From positions 4,430 through 68,429 of the forward strand of contig JBHHUN010000005.1 of NCBI GenBank assembly GCA_046753765.1: 64,000 nucleotides of DNA, written 5' to 3'. The notes below the pieces were generated by a model. The model saw nothing but the letters and a program-made list of their open reading frames with translations, was not told where the DNA came from and did not search any database. Positions 16,868 to 28,400 of the stretch are shown here, one piece after another; the first letter of the stretch is position 1, and each line of letters begins with the position of its first letter. The position numbers and the translations under genes were made by a program. This DNA is from Candidatus Dojkabacteria bacterium. Lineage in GTDB: Bacteria > Patescibacteriota > Dojkabacteria > B142 > OLB20.

Positions 16868-19393
16868 TTAAGTGTCGGGATTGTTTAACCCAAGCAGATC
16901 TCTAATTATCTCTAGTATCTGGTTCAGAATTTGTATGATAATGCTTTCCTCCTCATCGATTGGTTGTGGTTCGGGGACATCAAATGTTGGTGTAACCACG
17001 ACGTCCGTTGGCACTGGTTCAACGGTTGGTTCGGGTTGCTCCTCTGAAGGCTCCTCGTCGCATACATTTGTCCCCACATCTTTCCCCTGCCAGATCACAT
17101 AGTCTTGAACGTCATGAGCTTTGTTATAGATTGTGATCTGGTAAACCTTGCACGCGTCAGTCAATACATTATCGAAAGTGACAAAGGTACCGGTGAAGAT
17201 CTGGTTTGAGAGGCAGGCGATCTTTCCATTTGAATCTAAGGTAGTCTCGTTCTGCGAGCATTCGTGGACAGCTACACTTGGGCCGGTACAGTAGGCATCT
17301 TTATAGCATCCGATACATTGCTGCTGATGTTTATTCCAGTCGACGCGTCCACCCTGATCAATTACGACACCGCACACATTTGCAAAGTTGCCATTTTCTC
17401 TGTGTGGTGGAGTTGGTCTAGGCAGTGGTGTCACCGTTACAGCAGGAGGTTTGGTAGTTGTCGGCGTCGGGCTTGGTGGTGGTTTTGGTATGCAACGAGC
17501 TGTCCCAACAGAATCACCCCTCCAGACAACAAAATCTTTCAACACTCCCTCTGCATTGTACACATTGGCTCTGTAGATTGAGCAGCGATCTCTGAAAACG
17601 TCATTGAATCTGATGAATGATCCCATTGCCATTAATATTCCTTCACAGGTCACACCACCGTTCTCTCTGGCCTCCTCGGTGCAATGGAACACTTTAACAA
17701 TAGATCCTTGACAGGTTCCACTCTCTCGGCATCCGTTACAGAGTGGATTCTGTTCGTGTTCATCCCAGTTAGGAATATCATTAATTGCAGTACTGTCGCC
17801 ACAAACGTTAACTATCCTGCCAGGTCTTAATATAGGCGTAGGGGTTAATGTAGGCGTTGGTGTCACTGTAAGTGTAGGTGATACAGACGGCGTAACTGTC
17901 AGAGTTACGGTCGGTGTGGGAGTTGCCGATGGACCAATAGGTAAACATTTGTAAGCGGGGCAGGAGGCATCTAGCGGATCTCCATGGATCAGCACTTCGT
18001 TTGGTTTGCAGCCTGGTGGTGGTGGGCACGGTGTTGGTGTCGGTATTGGGACACAAGCATAGCCAGGGCAAGCACCTACAATTGGTGTACTTATAAGAGT
18101 TTCTCCCTCTTCGCACACAGGTGGTGTTGGACATACTGTCGGCGTAATTGCGATACAGGCGCACGTTGGACATCCTCCCACTACAGGTGTACACACTATT
18201 TGATACCCCACCGCGCATATCTGTAGCGCAGGACAATTTGTTGGGGTTGGGCTCGTTGAAACCGTGGGGGTTGGTGTGTTAGTCACGGTCGGAGCCAGGG
18301 TCAGGGTTGGAGTAGGTGTTGCAGTTTCACCAGGTGTCGTTGACGGAATAGGAGTGCTTGTAGGCGTTGGTGTATTAGTTGGAGTGGGTTGGTTTGGGTC
18401 ACACTCCGCTCCAATAATCCCAGGGTTTAGTTCAGCATCACTTAGGTGGTTATATACGAAGTTTGGGTCCGGGTTTGTTCCAAACGAGTTAAATAATAGA
18501 TATGCTTTCACCTTTCCGTCCAGCTTCATTAATCTGATCTCTTCTGCAAGCCTGGTCTTTGCCAGGTCGTGCGGGACTTTCGTGCCTGTCCAGCCAGGAT
18601 TTCTCTCTGATTCGAACATCCCTATCTCGGTCAAGTAGATATCGTCATTTTGGAAACCAGCACCACGAAGTCTGACCACGAAATCAGTTATCTCTTCTCC
18701 CAGCGAATAACCTTTAAGATTATAGGCATTCCCGGCGATCCCATCAAGATCTCCAAAGCGAGCTCCTGAACTTCTCATTTTGTCTACAAGTTGCTCGAAG
18801 CTTGGGTGTGTGAGGTTAAAAACAGGGGAGAGGAGTTTCACGTTGGATCTGTCGACACCATCAATCACAGCGTTCATGTAATCTGCTACCTTTGGTCCGA
18901 TAACGTTAAAGTCCCCTTGAGCTCCCCCAAGCCAATTCTCAGACATTGGTTCATTAGGTCCGGCAATAGCAAAGAATGTGTTGTTAGGGCCCACAATATC
19001 ACCAAGCTGGTTTAAGAAATCAACGTAAGTCTGAGGATTATTGAAATTACAATGGGATCCATAACATATTCGTATTATGGGAACAATCCCTCTGGTAAAA
19101 GCCCTGGGCATTGATTCCTGACCAAGACCCCACGACTGACTGGGAGATGTGGCCATCTCCAGGTAGTACCCCATGGAATTTGATTGGGCCCGGGTGAATT
19201 CACTTTCGGCATTTGGGCCCACCCATGCAAGGTTTATTCCCAGCTTTTTACATGTGGAGGGGACAACAACAGCAGCAGAACTCTCCTCGGGATCAATTCT
19301 GTTGGACTGGATGAGCGATAAACCAACGACCACAGAGGCTGCAGCAACTCCTACTACAATTACCAAACTAAGCGCCCGCCAGAATTTCCTCAT
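16868..19393 (-). CDS. Large exported multi-domain protein: GH5-like (clan GH-A) glycoside hydrolase domain, PT-rich linkers, a small CP-x-AC mini-repeat region, two tandem ~105-aa Cys-rich modules and an acidic C-terminal tail
   Basis: Signal anchor, then GH5-type catalytic motifs GPNEPM (acid/base) and YLTEIGM (nucleophile), then PT linkers. Three copies of a TPVVGGCPTCAC-type mini-repeat. Two homologous 8-Cys modules (NVCGDSTAINDIPNWDEH...C and NVCGVVIDQGGRVDWNKH...C). Confidence 0.6.
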   Translation of the reverse strand: MRKFWRALSLVIVVGVAAASVVVGLSLIQSNRIDPEESSAAVVVPSTCKKLGINLAWVGPNAESEFTRAQSNSMGYYLEMATSPSQSWGLGQESMPRAFTRGIVPIIRICYGSHCNFNNPQTYVDFLNQLGDIVGPNNTFFAIAGPNEPMSENWLGGAQGDFNVIGPKVADYMNAVIDGVDRSNVKLLSPVFNLTHPSFEQLVDKMRSSGARFGDLDGIAGNAYNLKGYSLGEEITDFVVRLRGAGFQNDDIYLTEIGMFESERNPGWTGTKVPHDLAKTRLAEEIRLMKLDGKVKAYLLFNSFGTNPDPNFVYNHLSDAELNPGIIGAECDPNQPTPTNTPTPTSTPIPSTTPGETATPTPTLTLAPTVTNTPTPTVSTSPTPTNCPALQICAVGYQIVCTPVVGGCPTCACIAITPTVCPTPPVCEEGETLISTPIVGACPGYACVPIPTPTPCPPPPGCKPNEVLIHGDPLDASCPAYKCLPIGPSATPTPTVTLTVTPSVSPTLTVTPTPTLTPTPILRPGRIVNVCGDSTAINDIPNWDEHEQNPLCNGCRESGTCQGSIVKVFHCTEEARENGGVTCEGILMAMGSFIRFNDVFRDRCSIYRANVYNAEGVLKDFVVWRGDSVGTARCIPKPPPSPTPTTTKPPAVTVTPLPRPTPPHRENGNFANVCGVVIDQGGRVDWNKHQQQCIGCYKDAYCTGPSVAVHECSQNETTLDSNGKIACLSNQIFTGTFVTFDNVLTDACKVYQITIYNKAHDVQDYVIWQGKDVGTNVCDEEPSEEQPEPTVEPVPTDVVVTPTFDVPEPQPIDEEESIIIQILNQILEIIRDLLGLNNPDT

Positions 19394-19798
19394 GATGATA
19401 CGGTTTCCAGGTACAGAATAGCAATACAGGTGGCGGTGTCAAGGTTGTGGGTTTGTACACTAGATTCGGAAGAAATCTTCAGGTTTTTGTCCAAGGCTAT
19501 GCGCGAGTTCCATCATCTCAACCTGTGTGGTCTCGATGTACTCAATTCCTCCATCCGAGAAGAGGGTACGAATTCCCGATCTTGAGTAAGACCACCCAGA
19601 TCGCAGATGTATAGAAGAGCTTTTCCGCGTTCTTGAAATTCGGTATAGACCTTCCATTGGTTAGTGGAGGGATCCTTTTCAGGAGATAGGGGTTGTAATG
19701 TCTCAATAGTCATGATATCTCAATTATATCATGTTATGCGGTCGTATACCCCGTATACCATTTCTGTTATAATCACGAAATGGAAAGTAAACTGTAGT

Positions 19799-21004
19799 AT
19801 GGCCACACCGCTCGCTGAAAAACTGAGACCCCAAAGATTAAAAGATTATGTTGGACAGGAGCACCTGGTAGGGAAGTCTAAACCTATTAACAAGATGCTT
19901 GAGCAGGGTAAAGTGGTTTCTATGATATTATGGGGGCCACCTGGCAGCGGAAAAACCACCCTTGGAAAGATAATTGCCAAAAAGGTAAAAGCGGAATTTA
20001 TTACCATTTCGGCTGTAACTAGTGGTGTTGCAGATCTGCGAAAGATCATCGAAGGGGCAAAACAAAGAGGGCAGTATTACAGCAATGACACAGTTCTCTT
20101 CATAGATGAAATTCACAGGTTTAACCGTGCTCAGCAGGACGCGCTTCTTCCCCACGTAGAGGACGGCACTATCACCCTGATTGGTGCAACAACCGAAAAC
20201 CCCGGATTTGAAGTTAACGCACCGTTAATCTCTCGAAGCCAGGTATATGTTTTAAACTCCCTCACTGAGAAAGATATCAAAAAGATCGTGAAAAAGGCCG
20301 CAGGGTATTACCCCATCCATAAATGGGATGCAAAGGCCATCAAGCACATAGTTAAACACTCAAATGGTGATGCCCGCACAGCAATAAATGCAGTGGAGCT
20401 TGCAGCCTCTATGTCTAAAAAAGTATCCCTGAAGATTGCTGAGGAAGCCCTTCAGAAAAAGGCGATCTTCTACGATAAGAAAGGCGACTCGCACTTCGAC
20501 ACCATCTCTGCGTTTATCAAAAGTATGCGCGGTGGCAGTCCTGATGCAACCCTCCACTATCTCTCAAGGATGATAAAGGCAGGTGAAGACCCAATGTTCA
20601 TTGCTAGAAGAATGGTGATCTTCGCCTCTGAAGATATAGGTAACGCCAAGCCAAATGCACTGGTGCTGGCAACAAGCTGTATGCAGGCGGTCCATATGAT
20701 TGGTATGCCTGAAGCTGGACTGTTACTTGCACAAACGGCAACGTATCTTGCAACCGCTCCCAAATCAATAGCATCTACTGTAGCACTTGGTAAAGCAATG
20801 TCGGATATAGAAGAGGAGAAACTTGACCCGATCCCTCTGCATCTAAGGAATGCTGCAAACAAAGTAATGAAAGAGCTGGACTACGGAAAAGGGCACGTTC
20901 GTTACCCCTGGCTTGAGAAAAAACAGACCGGAAAGGAGACTAAACAAGAGTATCTCCCCGAAAATCTAAAGGGACAGATCTACTATGAGCCTGACTGGAA
21001 CTAA
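19799..21004 (+). CDS. rarA: Replication-associated recombination protein A (RarA/MgsA AAA+ ATPase)
   Basis: [25 protein letters not shown] and Walker [10 protein letters not shown]. The start was moved to the internal ATG at 19799; the track ORF begins 135 nt earlier. Confidence 0.85.
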   Translation: MATPLAEKLRPQRLKDYVGQEHLVGKSKPINKMLEQGKVVSMILWGPPGSGKTTLGKIIAKKVKAEFITISAVTSGVADLRKIIEGAKQRGQYYSNDTVLFIDEIHRFNRAQQDALLPHVEDGTITLIGATTENPGFEVNAPLISRSQVYVLNSLTEKDIKKIVKKAAGYYPIHKWDAKAIKHIVKHSNGDARTAINAVELAASMSKKVSLKIAEEALQKKAIFYDKKGDSHFDTISAFIKSMRGGSPDATLHYLSRMIKAGEDPMFIARRMVIFASEDIGNAKPNALVLATSCMQAVHMIGMPEAGLLLAQTATYLATAPKSIASTVALGKAMSDIEEEKLDPIPLHLRNAANKVMKELDYGKGHVRYPWLEKKQTGKETKQEYLPENLKGQIYYEPDWN

Positions 21005-21467
21005 TCCTTCTCCCCCCATGGATCAAGATCCAAAAACAGGTGGTTCTAACAAGACAATGATGATGCTCATTGTAGGAGTTGTTATTGGAATAGTTCTTGG
21101 ATTTTTACTTGGTTATCTACTTCTTTTTAGAGAAGAGCTCGAAACCCCAGTTACTTACCTGGACGCTGTGAAGGTAGGCACGTTACCTGACAAGACTGAT
21201 ATTTACAGATATTCTCAAAGTCAGGTTGGAGAATCTAAGTTCGAAACTGAAGGAACGTGGGAATATGCGAATCACTATAGTACTGAGGCATGCGAGGTAC
21301 CAACTGCAGAATCAGAAACAGTCGATAGCCCTTGCGGCTATGGGGCCATGTACGTAGGGAACGATTACATTTCTGTAAGTTGTAAATCAGATACCAGTAC
21401 AGGACTGGAACGATGCGATGAAATCATGTTAGAAATGGACTTAAATACAAAAATCAAAGAGAGCTAA
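20985..21467 (+). CDS. Small TM-anchored extracytoplasmic Cys-containing protein, unknown function
   Basis: 160 aa with one TM helix near the N-terminus. Overlaps the rarA 3' end by 20 nt. Confidence 0.4.
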   Translation: MSLTGTNPSPPMDQDPKTGGSNKTMMMLIVGVVIGIVLGFLLGYLLLFREELETPVTYLDAVKVGTLPDKTDIYRYSQSQVGESKFETEGTWEYANHYSTEACEVPTAESETVDSPCGYGAMYVGNDYISVSCKSDTSTGLERCDEIMLEMDLNTKIKES

Positions 21468-21489
21468 GGTTTCTACGTAGAGGAATACA

Positions 21490-21516
21490 ATGCCCCCAAT
21501 AAATGGGGGCATTTTT
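21490..21516 (+). terminator. Rho-independent terminator
   Basis: 9-bp stem atgccccca/tgggggcat, loop ataaa, then TTTT; lies immediately after the 20985-21467 ORF. Confidence 0.6.
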
Positions 21517-21697
21517 CATGCCGACTCTAGAATTTAACAAGGAGGAAGTGCTAAAGGCTTGACTGGCAATACATATGGAGGTTTTGTAATAAATCTGCAA
21601 CACTACGTTTGTATAAGGTACTAAGCACCTCAATAAACGTCTTGCCAACATTGGACAAAATAGGCTACACTAATTCTGCTACTTTCTTAAGTAGTTC

Positions 21698-21727
21698 TTG
21701 ACATACGCCTTCTTTTTATGTTATAGA
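21698..21727 (+). promoter_or_regulatory. Candidate sigma-70 promoter upstream of rpoB (TTGACA-18-TATAGA)
   Basis: Consensus -35 TTGACA at 21698-21703 and an imperfect -10 TATAGA at 21722-27, in the AT-rich 438-bp gap before rpoB. Confidence 0.3.
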
Positions 21728-21905
21728 ACTAACTGCTTGGCAAGTCAGAGAAACCTTTTGAAGATAACCTCTCTCAGTAAAAAGTAAATAAATAATTATG
21801 TAGAGAAACGCACTCCAAATGTGCGTGTTTTTGTTTCTTTGTAGGGTTTTTCAGGCAAGATTGTTTAAAGGCTTTTTTATTTTAACCCAACTCGGTGCAA
21901 TAATA

Positions 21906-24900
21906 ATGGCTAAACAAATCACTCAAAGAATCTCTCTGGCAACGAAGGAACTAGCAACACTTTCTCCAAATCTGATAGAAACTCCTCTTCTCCTTTTTCA
22001 GGATCTAATCGAGAACGGAATCCAGGAGATATTTGAAGAGGTTAATCCTATAAGTGACTACACCGGGGAGTCATGGGAGCTCAGGTTCGAAGGTTTGGAA
22101 TGGGGTGACGATAATATGCCAATGATGAAGGCCCAAGGTTTAGGCCTCTCTTATGACAGGGCACTCTACGTAAACACAAAACTCATTAATAAAAAGACAG
22201 GCGAAATCAAAAAGCAAAAGCTTTTTGTTGCTGACCTCCCCGTGATGAGCCCATTTGGAACATTTGTCATTAATGGTCACGAACGCGTGGTTGTTATGCA
22301 GATCGTCAGGGCAGAAGGTGTGCTTTTTTTTAAGCAAAAATCCACAAGCGCCAAGATCCCACTGTATGCTGTGAAGCTCATGCCACTACGGGGAAGATGG
22401 TTTGACTTTGAGATTAACAGGCACGGAATAATGTCGGTCAAGCTTGTCGATAAAAGGCCAAGAATCCTACTGACGATACTGCTTAGAGCGCTTGGATACT
22501 CAAGCGACCATGACATCAAAAAGGCAGTAGGCGATGCAGACACCGGAGAAATTCGATTTCTTGAAAACACGCTTAAAAAGGACATCACGACCAATACAGA
22601 TGAGGCACTCCTCGAAATCTACCGCAAGCTCAGACCCGAAGACTCGGTAAATATTGAAAATGCAAGAGAATTCCTTGAAGGAATCTTTTTTAATAAAAGA
22701 AGGTTCTATCTTGGAAAGATCGGTAGGTATCAGCTTAATAAAAAACTTGGTGTTAAAAAAGATATCACTCCCGAAAACTTTGTTTTACATAAGGAGGACA
22801 TTGTACACATTATTAGGTCTCTTATTCAGCTAAACAATGGAACACTAGAAATTGATGATATCGATACGCTTGCCAACAGAAGAATAAGAGGAGTAGGCGA
22901 GCTTATCGGCGAGCGAATTAGAATGGGAGTATTACGGATGGAGAAGAATATCCGTGACAGAATGAGCACATACGGCTCTGAAGACTTGGTAACTCCTTCA
23001 CTTCTGGTAAATACCAAGCCGGTCATTGCAGCCATAAATCAGTTTTTTGGATCAAGTCCTGTGTCCAGGTACATGGACCAGGAGAATATATTGTCTGAGC
23101 TAGAAACCAAAAGAAGGATAACCGCAGGTGGTCCAAGAGGACTTACTAAAGAAAGAGCGACCTTCAGTGTGCGAGATGTTCACAGTTCACACTACTCAAA
23201 GCTATGTCCCGTAACGACTCCTGAGGGTCCGTCAATCGGAATTGTCTCGCATATGGCAGTATACGCAAAGATAAATGAGTTCGGCTTTATGGAGGCACCT
23301 TACAGAAGGGTTTTAAGTAACGTTGACCTGAATGATGAAACTCTCGATCATAAGCTGCTCGTAGGGCATACTCTCAGAGAAAATGTAGCCGATGAGTCGG
23401 GCAAAACCGTAGTTAAAAAAGGTACAAAACTCACGAAAGCAAGTATAGATAGCGTTAAAAAAGCGAATATCGCCAGTTTTAAGGTTGAGCCTTTCGTTAC
23501 AGAAGACATTGTCTACATGGACTCAAGCGAAGAGAGAAGATTCCGCATTGGCCCTGCAGACGTAGTGTACGACAAGGATGGAAAGCTTGCCGCAGATAAT
23601 ACATTTGTAAGAGTTCAGGGTGGATATAGAAAAGTCCCGGCTACAGAGCTAGACTTCATTGATATTAGTCCCGGCCAGATTGCCGGTCTTGGGTTGTCGC
23701 TTGTGCCATTTGCGTATAACGATGACCCTACCAGAACATTGATGGCCGCAAACATGCAACGTCAAGCGGTTCCTCTCCTCAAGCCAAAGGCCCCAATTGT
23801 GGGCACAGGTTACGAAAAGACTGTCGCCGAGGCCTCTGGGCGAACAATCTTTGCTCAACAGGATGGGGTGGTCACTGAAAGTGATGCTGACAGTATAACG
23901 GTAAAATACAAAGATAAAAGCAAAGTAAGGCACGATGTTATTAGGTTCCATAAGACTAACCAGAACACATCTTTCTCGCAGTCGCCAATGCTCAAGATGG
24001 GCGACAAGTTCAAAAGAGGTGATGTAATAATCGATGGACCATCAACCGAGAATGGTGAATTAGCACTTGGTGTTAACTTGAACGCTGCATACATGGTTTA
24101 CGAAGGGTACAATTACGAAGACGCAATCATTATCTCTGAAAGACTCGTCAAAGAAGACGTTCTTACATCGGTTCACGTTAAAGAGTACGTTCAGGATATC
24201 CGCGAAACAAAGCTCGGTAACGAACAGATCACTCGAGATATCCCCAATGTTGGCGAATACGCCCTTCGAAACCTCGACGAGGAAGGTATCGTCAGAGTAG
24301 GGGCCAGTGTTGGTTCGCAGGATATTTTGGTTGGAATAATTGCACCCAAGGGGGAGACTGAACTTACTGCAGAAGAAAAACTACTTAGGGCTATCTTTGG
24401 TGAATACGCACGTGATGTTCGCGATAACTCCCTCAGGCTACCACACGGTGACAAAGGTATAGTAATCGGTGTTCAGTTGCTCGATAAGGTTAAGGGGGAT
24501 AAATTAAACCCCGGAGTACTCAGGCAGGCAAAGGTCTGGGTGGCAAGAACGCAGAAAATATCTGTTGGGGACAAACTTACTGGAGTTCATGGTGACAAAG
24601 GAGTTATCTCGAAGATTCTTCCTGAAGAGGAGATGCCGTACATGAAAGACGGATCACCGATTGACATCATTCTCTCACCTATGTTTGTTAAAAGAATGAA
24701 TCTAGGACAGATCCGTGAGATGGAGACGGCAGCTCTGGCACAAAAGCTTGGAATCAAAGTTAGTGTGCCACCGTTTGCAAAGCTTGATCTTGATCAGCTG
24801 CACGAAATGGCAAAGAAGCAGAAAATCGAGTACACACCAAAACAAAAGCTATACGACGGTCGCACGGGACTACCATTTGATCAGGACGTACTTGTTGGCC

Positions 24901-25409
24901 CAAGATACTTCCTGAAGCTCAACCATCTGTCGTCAGATAAGCTGCATGCAAGATCAACTGGATCCTACACAATGGTTACACAGCAGCCGCTGGGTGGTAA
25001 GGCGCAGTTTGGTGGACAGAGGTTCGGAGAGATGGAAGTTTGGGCACTTGAAGCACATGCGGCAGTGCATAACCTGCAGGAGATGCTGACGATTAAATCA
25101 GATGATGTTGTTGGCCGTGCCAGCGCATACAAATCAATAATTCAGGGTGTACCTTTTGATGCACCCAACATCCCTGAGTCGTTCAAGGTGTTTATATCTG
25201 AGCTTCGGGCGTTAGGCCTCAATCTCGACCTAATTGATAAAGAGCAAGATGATATCGATGAGGCAGAGCTTGTTGAGGGCGTCGTAGATGAGGAAGAGAT
25301 AGCTGCTGAACACAAGGGGGACACGGAAGGTGATAAGAAGAAAGAAGAAGAGGACAGTGTTGAAATTAAAGAAACTCCCGACGAGGATACCTCGGCGGAA
25401 TCGAAATAG
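21906..25409 (+). CDS. rpoB: DNA-directed RNA polymerase subunit beta
   Basis: Start reassigned to MAKQITQRISLA. Conserved regions include GGPRGLTKERATFSVRDVHSSHYSKLCPVTTPEGPSIG and NMQRQAVPL. Confidence 0.95.
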   Translation: MAKQITQRISLATKELATLSPNLIETPLLLFQDLIENGIQEIFEEVNPISDYTGESWELRFEGLEWGDDNMPMMKAQGLGLSYDRALYVNTKLINKKTGEIKKQKLFVADLPVMSPFGTFVINGHERVVVMQIVRAEGVLFFKQKSTSAKIPLYAVKLMPLRGRWFDFEINRHGIMSVKLVDKRPRILLTILLRALGYSSDHDIKKAVGDADTGEIRFLENTLKKDITTNTDEALLEIYRKLRPEDSVNIENAREFLEGIFFNKRRFYLGKIGRYQLNKKLGVKKDITPENFVLHKEDIVHIIRSLIQLNNGTLEIDDIDTLANRRIRGVGELIGERIRMGVLRMEKNIRDRMSTYGSEDLVTPSLLVNTKPVIAAINQFFGSSPVSRYMDQENILSELETKRRITAGGPRGLTKERATFSVRDVHSSHYSKLCPVTTPEGPSIGIVSHMAVYAKINEFGFMEAPYRRVLSNVDLNDETLDHKLLVGHTLRENVADESGKTVVKKGTKLTKASIDSVKKANIASFKVEPFVTEDIVYMDSSEERRFRIGPADVVYDKDGKLAADNTFVRVQGGYRKVPATELDFIDISPGQIAGLGLSLVPFAYNDDPTRTLMAANMQRQAVPLLKPKAPIVGTGYEKTVAEASGRTIFAQQDGVVTESDADSITVKYKDKSKVRHDVIRFHKTNQNTSFSQSPMLKMGDKFKRGDVIIDGPSTENGELALGVNLNAAYMVYEGYNYEDAIIISERLVKEDVLTSVHVKEYVQDIRETKLGNEQITRDIPNVGEYALRNLDEEGIVRVGASVGSQDILVGIIAPKGETELTAEEKLLRAIFGEYARDVRDNSLRLPHGDKGIVIGVQLLDKVKGDKLNPGVLRQAKVWVARTQKISVGDKLTGVHGDKGVISKILPEEEMPYMKDGSPIDIILSPMFVKRMNLGQIREMETAALAQKLGIKVSVPPFAKLDLDQLHEMAKKQKIEYTPKQKLYDGRTGLPFDQDVLVGPRYFLKLNHLSSDKLHARSTGSYTMVTQQPLGGKAQFGGQRFGEMEVWALEAHAAVHNLQEMLTIKSDDVVGRASAYKSIIQGVPFDAPNIPESFKVFISELRALGLNLDLIDKEQDDIDEAELVEGVVDEEEIAAEHKGDTEGDKKKEEEDSVEIKETPDEDTSAESK

Positions 25410-25439
25410 CTCTTAATTTAAACAGTTAGCCAATTTAAA

Positions 25440-28400
25440 ATGATCAGAGACTTCAAAGCACTCAAGATTGCGATCGCTTCACCACAGCAGGTTTTGAGCT
25501 GGTCACACGGTGAGGTGAAAAAGGCTGAGACTATCAACTACAGAACACACAGAGCAGAGGTAGATGGATTAATGGACGAAAAGATCTTTGGTCCAACCAA
25601 AAACTTTGAATGCTATTGTGGTAAGTACAAAAAGATACGATACAAAGGAATTGTTTGTGATAAGTGTGGCGTCGAGGTAACCCATAAGCGCGTTCGACGT
25701 GAGCGTCTTGGGCATATTAAACTCGCTTCGCCGGTAACGCATGTTTGGTTTGCCTATGGTGTCCCTAACAAGCTGTCTCTTATCCTTGGAGTCCCGCAAA
25801 AGAAGCTTGAGACAGTGATCTACTTTGCCAGATACCTTGTCACGGACATTGATGACGACAAGAAAAAAGAGGTGAGCACAGGTATTAAAGAGAAACGTGA
25901 AGGTGAAATTAAGGAGATAAAAGCTGAGCTTAAGGCGAAGTTAAAAGATCTTAAGAAAGATTTCAAAGAGCGTACAGCGAAGCTAAAAAAGGAGACTAAA
26001 GACAAAAAGAAGCTCGACTTTAAACTGAATAAACTAACAGGTGACGAGAAAAAGGAGATAGCAAAGTTAAAGTCTATCTACTCTAAAAAAGAAGAGGGCT
26101 CAAAGTCAAAGTACAATGAAATTCTCGGCCTCGTTGATAATATGGAGATGGGAACGACCCTCTCTGAAGATGACTTTGGAACATTGATGGAGTACGAAGC
26201 AGACTTCTTTATTGCAGGTATGGGTGCTGAAGCAATAAAAAAGGTGCTTGCTACTATTGATCCTGAAGCAGAGATTAAAAAGCTCAAAGAGGCGAAAGAA
26301 AAGACAAAGTCGGTGTTGAAACATAGAAAGATAACCCAGAAACTCAGAGTTTTTGAGGGTATGATAAAGTCTGGGCTTGATCCTACATGGGTTGTAATGG
26401 AGATTCTGCCGGTAATCCCTCCAGATCTGAGGCCCATTATTCAGCTACCTGGCGGAAGATTTGCTACTTCAGACCTGAACGACTTATACAGAAGGGTAAT
26501 TAATAGGAATAACCGGCTCAAAAGGCTTATCGATCTCGGTGCGCCAGAGATTATCCTCCGAAATGAGAAGCGAATGCTTCAGGAGGCAGTTGATGCACTC
26601 ATCGATAATGACCACAGGCCCGGTAACGCAGTGCAGAATACACGTGGACAACCATACAAGTCGTTGTCAGACATGCTTCGTGGTAAACAGGGACGTTTCA
26701 GGCAAAACCTGCTTGGTAAACGCGTAGATTACTCAGGAAGATCAGTAATTGTTGCTGGTCCCGAACTCAAGATTAATCAGTGCGGTCTTCCTAAAACGAT
26801 GGCGCTTGAGCTGTTTAAGCCATTCGTCATGCGAGAGATCATCATGAAGGGGCTGGCACCTAACGTTAAGAGTGCAAAGCACTTCTTTGAATCAAAGTCG
26901 GCTGAGGTCTGGGATATCCTTGAGTACGTTATTCAGGATCGACCGGTACTGCTTAATCGAGCACCAACACTTCACAAACAAGGTATTCAGGCATTTTTCC
27001 CGGTACTGACTGAGGGTGACGCAATTAAACTTCATCCTATGGTGTGCACTGGTTTTAACGCCGATTTCGACGGCGACCAGATGGCTGTTCACGTTCCACT
27101 CTCAGATAAAGCTGTGGAGGAAGCAAAAGAGAAGATGTTCCCACAATCTAATCTTCTTCTAATGGCAGACGGTAGCCCGGTTGTAAACGTCGCTAAAGAT
27201 ATGGCGCTCGGTATTTACTACATGACAGGAATCGAAGAGCCAGAAGATGGAAAAGTCAAATACTTCGCATCGGTAGACGATGTTTTGGGCAGATATGAAC
27301 TAAATGATGTAAAGTTGCGACAAAGAGTGCGGGTGCTTGTAAAAGACGAGCTTAGAGAAACTACTGTCGGACGAATTATCTTTAACAGTCTTGCTCCTGA
27401 CAGCTTCCGTTACATCAACGAAGAGGTGAACAAGAAAGACATGTCCAGGATTGCTGCAGAGATTCTTGAGACCTACGGACACGAAGCAACTACAAGATTC
27501 CTTGACGAAGTTGAAGAGGTTGGTTTCAGGTATGCCACACAATCAGGAACTACAGTAGGTATGGAAGACTTTGTGATTAGCGACGAGAAGGATACGCTTC
27601 TTGAAGAAGTTGAGACAAAGGATGATCAGCTCACTGTTGATTACTACAGTGGACTCCTTACAGCTGATGAGAAGAAAAGGCTCTCAGAGCAGATGTGGAT
27701 GGAGTTGATAGAAAAGGTCGCCGAAGTCACTTGGGAGAACTATACAAAGGATAAGAACAACAACCTTGTAACACTTCAGGAGTCAGGTGCAGTTTCAGTC
27801 CAAAATCCGCTCAGACAGATCTCTGGAATCAGAGGGTTAATTCTTGACCCTCTTGGTAACGTTGTAGAGCTACCTTTGCGATCTAACTACAAAGAGGGGC
27901 TTTCAACTCTTGAGTATTTTGTTGCGGCCCGAGGAACAAGAAAGGGTCTTGCTGACACTGCTCTTAAGACAGCAGAATCAGGTTACCTGACAAGGCGATT
28001 GGTTGATGTTGCGCAGGATGTCATTACCAAAGAGATGGATTGTGGCACCGACGAGGGGGTCACATTGGTGAAAGCGAAGGACAGAAGGATCGATTGGGTA
28101 AACAGAATTACAGGACGATTTACTGCAGCTGATGCTGTTGATGAAAAAACTGGCGAGGTTATTGCAAAAGCAAACACAGAGATAACGCCCGAACTGGCAA
28201 GAAAGATTGATGAGGCGGATATTCCTCAGCTTCAGGTGAGGTCTGTGCTGGTCTGTCAGACTAGAAATGGAGTTTGTCAGATGTGCTACGGCTATAACCT
28301 TGGTACAAAAGTGCTGGTTGAGCCGGGCATCGCTGTTGGAGTGATTGCAGCCCAGTCAATGGGAGAGGCTGCAACACAGCTGACACTGAATACAAAGCAT

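Noticed and set aside
17264-18638. Antisense ORFs (17264-17581, 17388-17576, 17808-18236, 17984-18226, 18264-18638) rich in Gly/Val/Trp/Cys
   Set aside because: They are the reverse complement of the Pro/Thr/Cys-rich coding region of the 841-aa exported protein, a mirror-image artefact of biased composition.
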